From contig JAYWIR010000002.1 of the NCBI GenBank assembly GCA_036172245.1, forward strand, positions 6,138,001 to 6,202,000: DNA of 64,000 nucleotides, written 5' to 3'. A model generated the notes under the pieces. It searched no databases, had not been told where the DNA came from, and saw only the letters and a list, made by a program, of their open reading frames with translations. This document shows positions 62,960-64,000 of this stretch, in pieces; the stretch's first letter is position 1; the number at the start of each line of letters is the position of its first letter. The stretch comes from Raillietiella orientalis. Lineage: Eukaryota. A program made the position numbers and the translations under genes.

Positions 62960-63900
62960 TTACTGCGAGTGGGCACGGATTTTTCAAGGGAGTATTTGAG
63001 TAACGAGACCTAGTCTTATTCATTTGCCATGCAAGTACAACCTTTTGGAATTCTGAAAGGTTGTGCATCAAATTTGTCGGATGCACAACCGCTGCTTTCC
63101 TTTGAGTTCTCGGGTTCTGGTACCCCTCCAGAGTTACGAAACTGTTATGTAAGAATTGCCTCACCGCGGAGAGTTTTTTTTTTTCCTTCCTTTTTTTTTT
63201 TTTTTTTTTTTACGATGTTTGTATTTTAATTTACTCTTCAGACCTTCTAACGAACGCGACACTATTTTTAACTGTGTTTGCTTTGGAAGTTCTCTCGCTC
63301 TGTTTTCATGGTGCACCTTCAGTAGGGGCTTTGCAAAGTAGCGATGTTTGCAGTCACCACGTGTTTTGTGGAGCAGGTACTGATCACGTATTCTGAATGT
63401 GAGTATTTCGTGGAATAATTCTTGCATCAGATTTGTTTTGAGCCAGATTTAAAAAAAAAAGAAAAAGATGTGAATTATTATTTTAAAAACTTTTCCTCAG
63501 CATTTGGAAGTTTCTAGTGGACCAACGAAATTGATAGTGGTGTATTGACTGGCACTCGTTAAAAATAAACTAACAGCAAACTGTTGTTTTCGAAACATTT
63601 TTCGAAGTGACTGAAATTTGCGTGGAAAACGTGAAGTGTTGTCAGCTACCAGGCCATCGAATCGTCGTCGCAAGATGCCATACAGGAGGATGCCGAAACT
63701 TAAAATTGGAATCGCTACCACTGCCGTTTGTGCAACTTTGGCATATTATAAACTGAAAGTTCAGGTAGTCATTATTCACCAGCATATTTACCCGCGTTCT
63801 TAGAAACGACATTGTTTACTATGTACATGATATCTGAAATGATTTTGCACCTGCAACTCTTGAAATCTCAATGTCAAGAGTTCGAAGCAAAGGTGATAAT
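62960..63900 (-). mobile_element. Decayed, internally deleted hAT transposase
   Basis: Ordered motifs IMYIVNNVVS, FDGLVADNTS..KFQSL (second catalytic Asp region), C..H-like ECQSIHH/TINFV, QELFHEIL, VSRSLE..KLKY, QMNKTRSR (cf. KTxxRNRL). Confidence 0.55.
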
Positions 63901-64000
63901 CATTTTCGGTTCACGATTGACCCAGTTTTTTTATTTCCCGCGTTCTACGATGAATAATTCCCGATGACCCTCAGCACACTCGAGATATTTAATTTTTTGC

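Overview
Eukaryotic animal genomic DNA; the protein is invertebrate/arthropod-like, but the taxon cannot be fixed from sequence. One clearly supported gene: a + strand PDE7-type cAMP phosphodiesterase. Model: two small 5' exons (28450-28587, 29125-29188), an 18.1-kb intron, then eight exons (47296-49382) separated by 49-89-nt GT-AG introns, giving 611 aa in frame. A possible extra 3' exon ends at 49732. About 1.1 kb upstream of the ATG lies an 80-bp perfect, spacer-less palindrome carrying two full CRE sites, and five MEF2-consensus sites lie further upstream; the C-terminal tail has clustered PKA motifs. Together these suggest a cAMP feedback circuit (inference). The rest is decayed transposon sequence (L1/Tx1-like, CR1/L2-like, I-like, R4-like, RTE-like LINEs; hAT transposases; a tRNA-derived head), minisatellites, polypurine/polypyrimidine tracts and hairpins. 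Most supplied ORFs are GC-rich shadow ORFs. No CRISPR, rRNA or prokaryotic features. All transposon calls are motif matches made by eye, not database hits.
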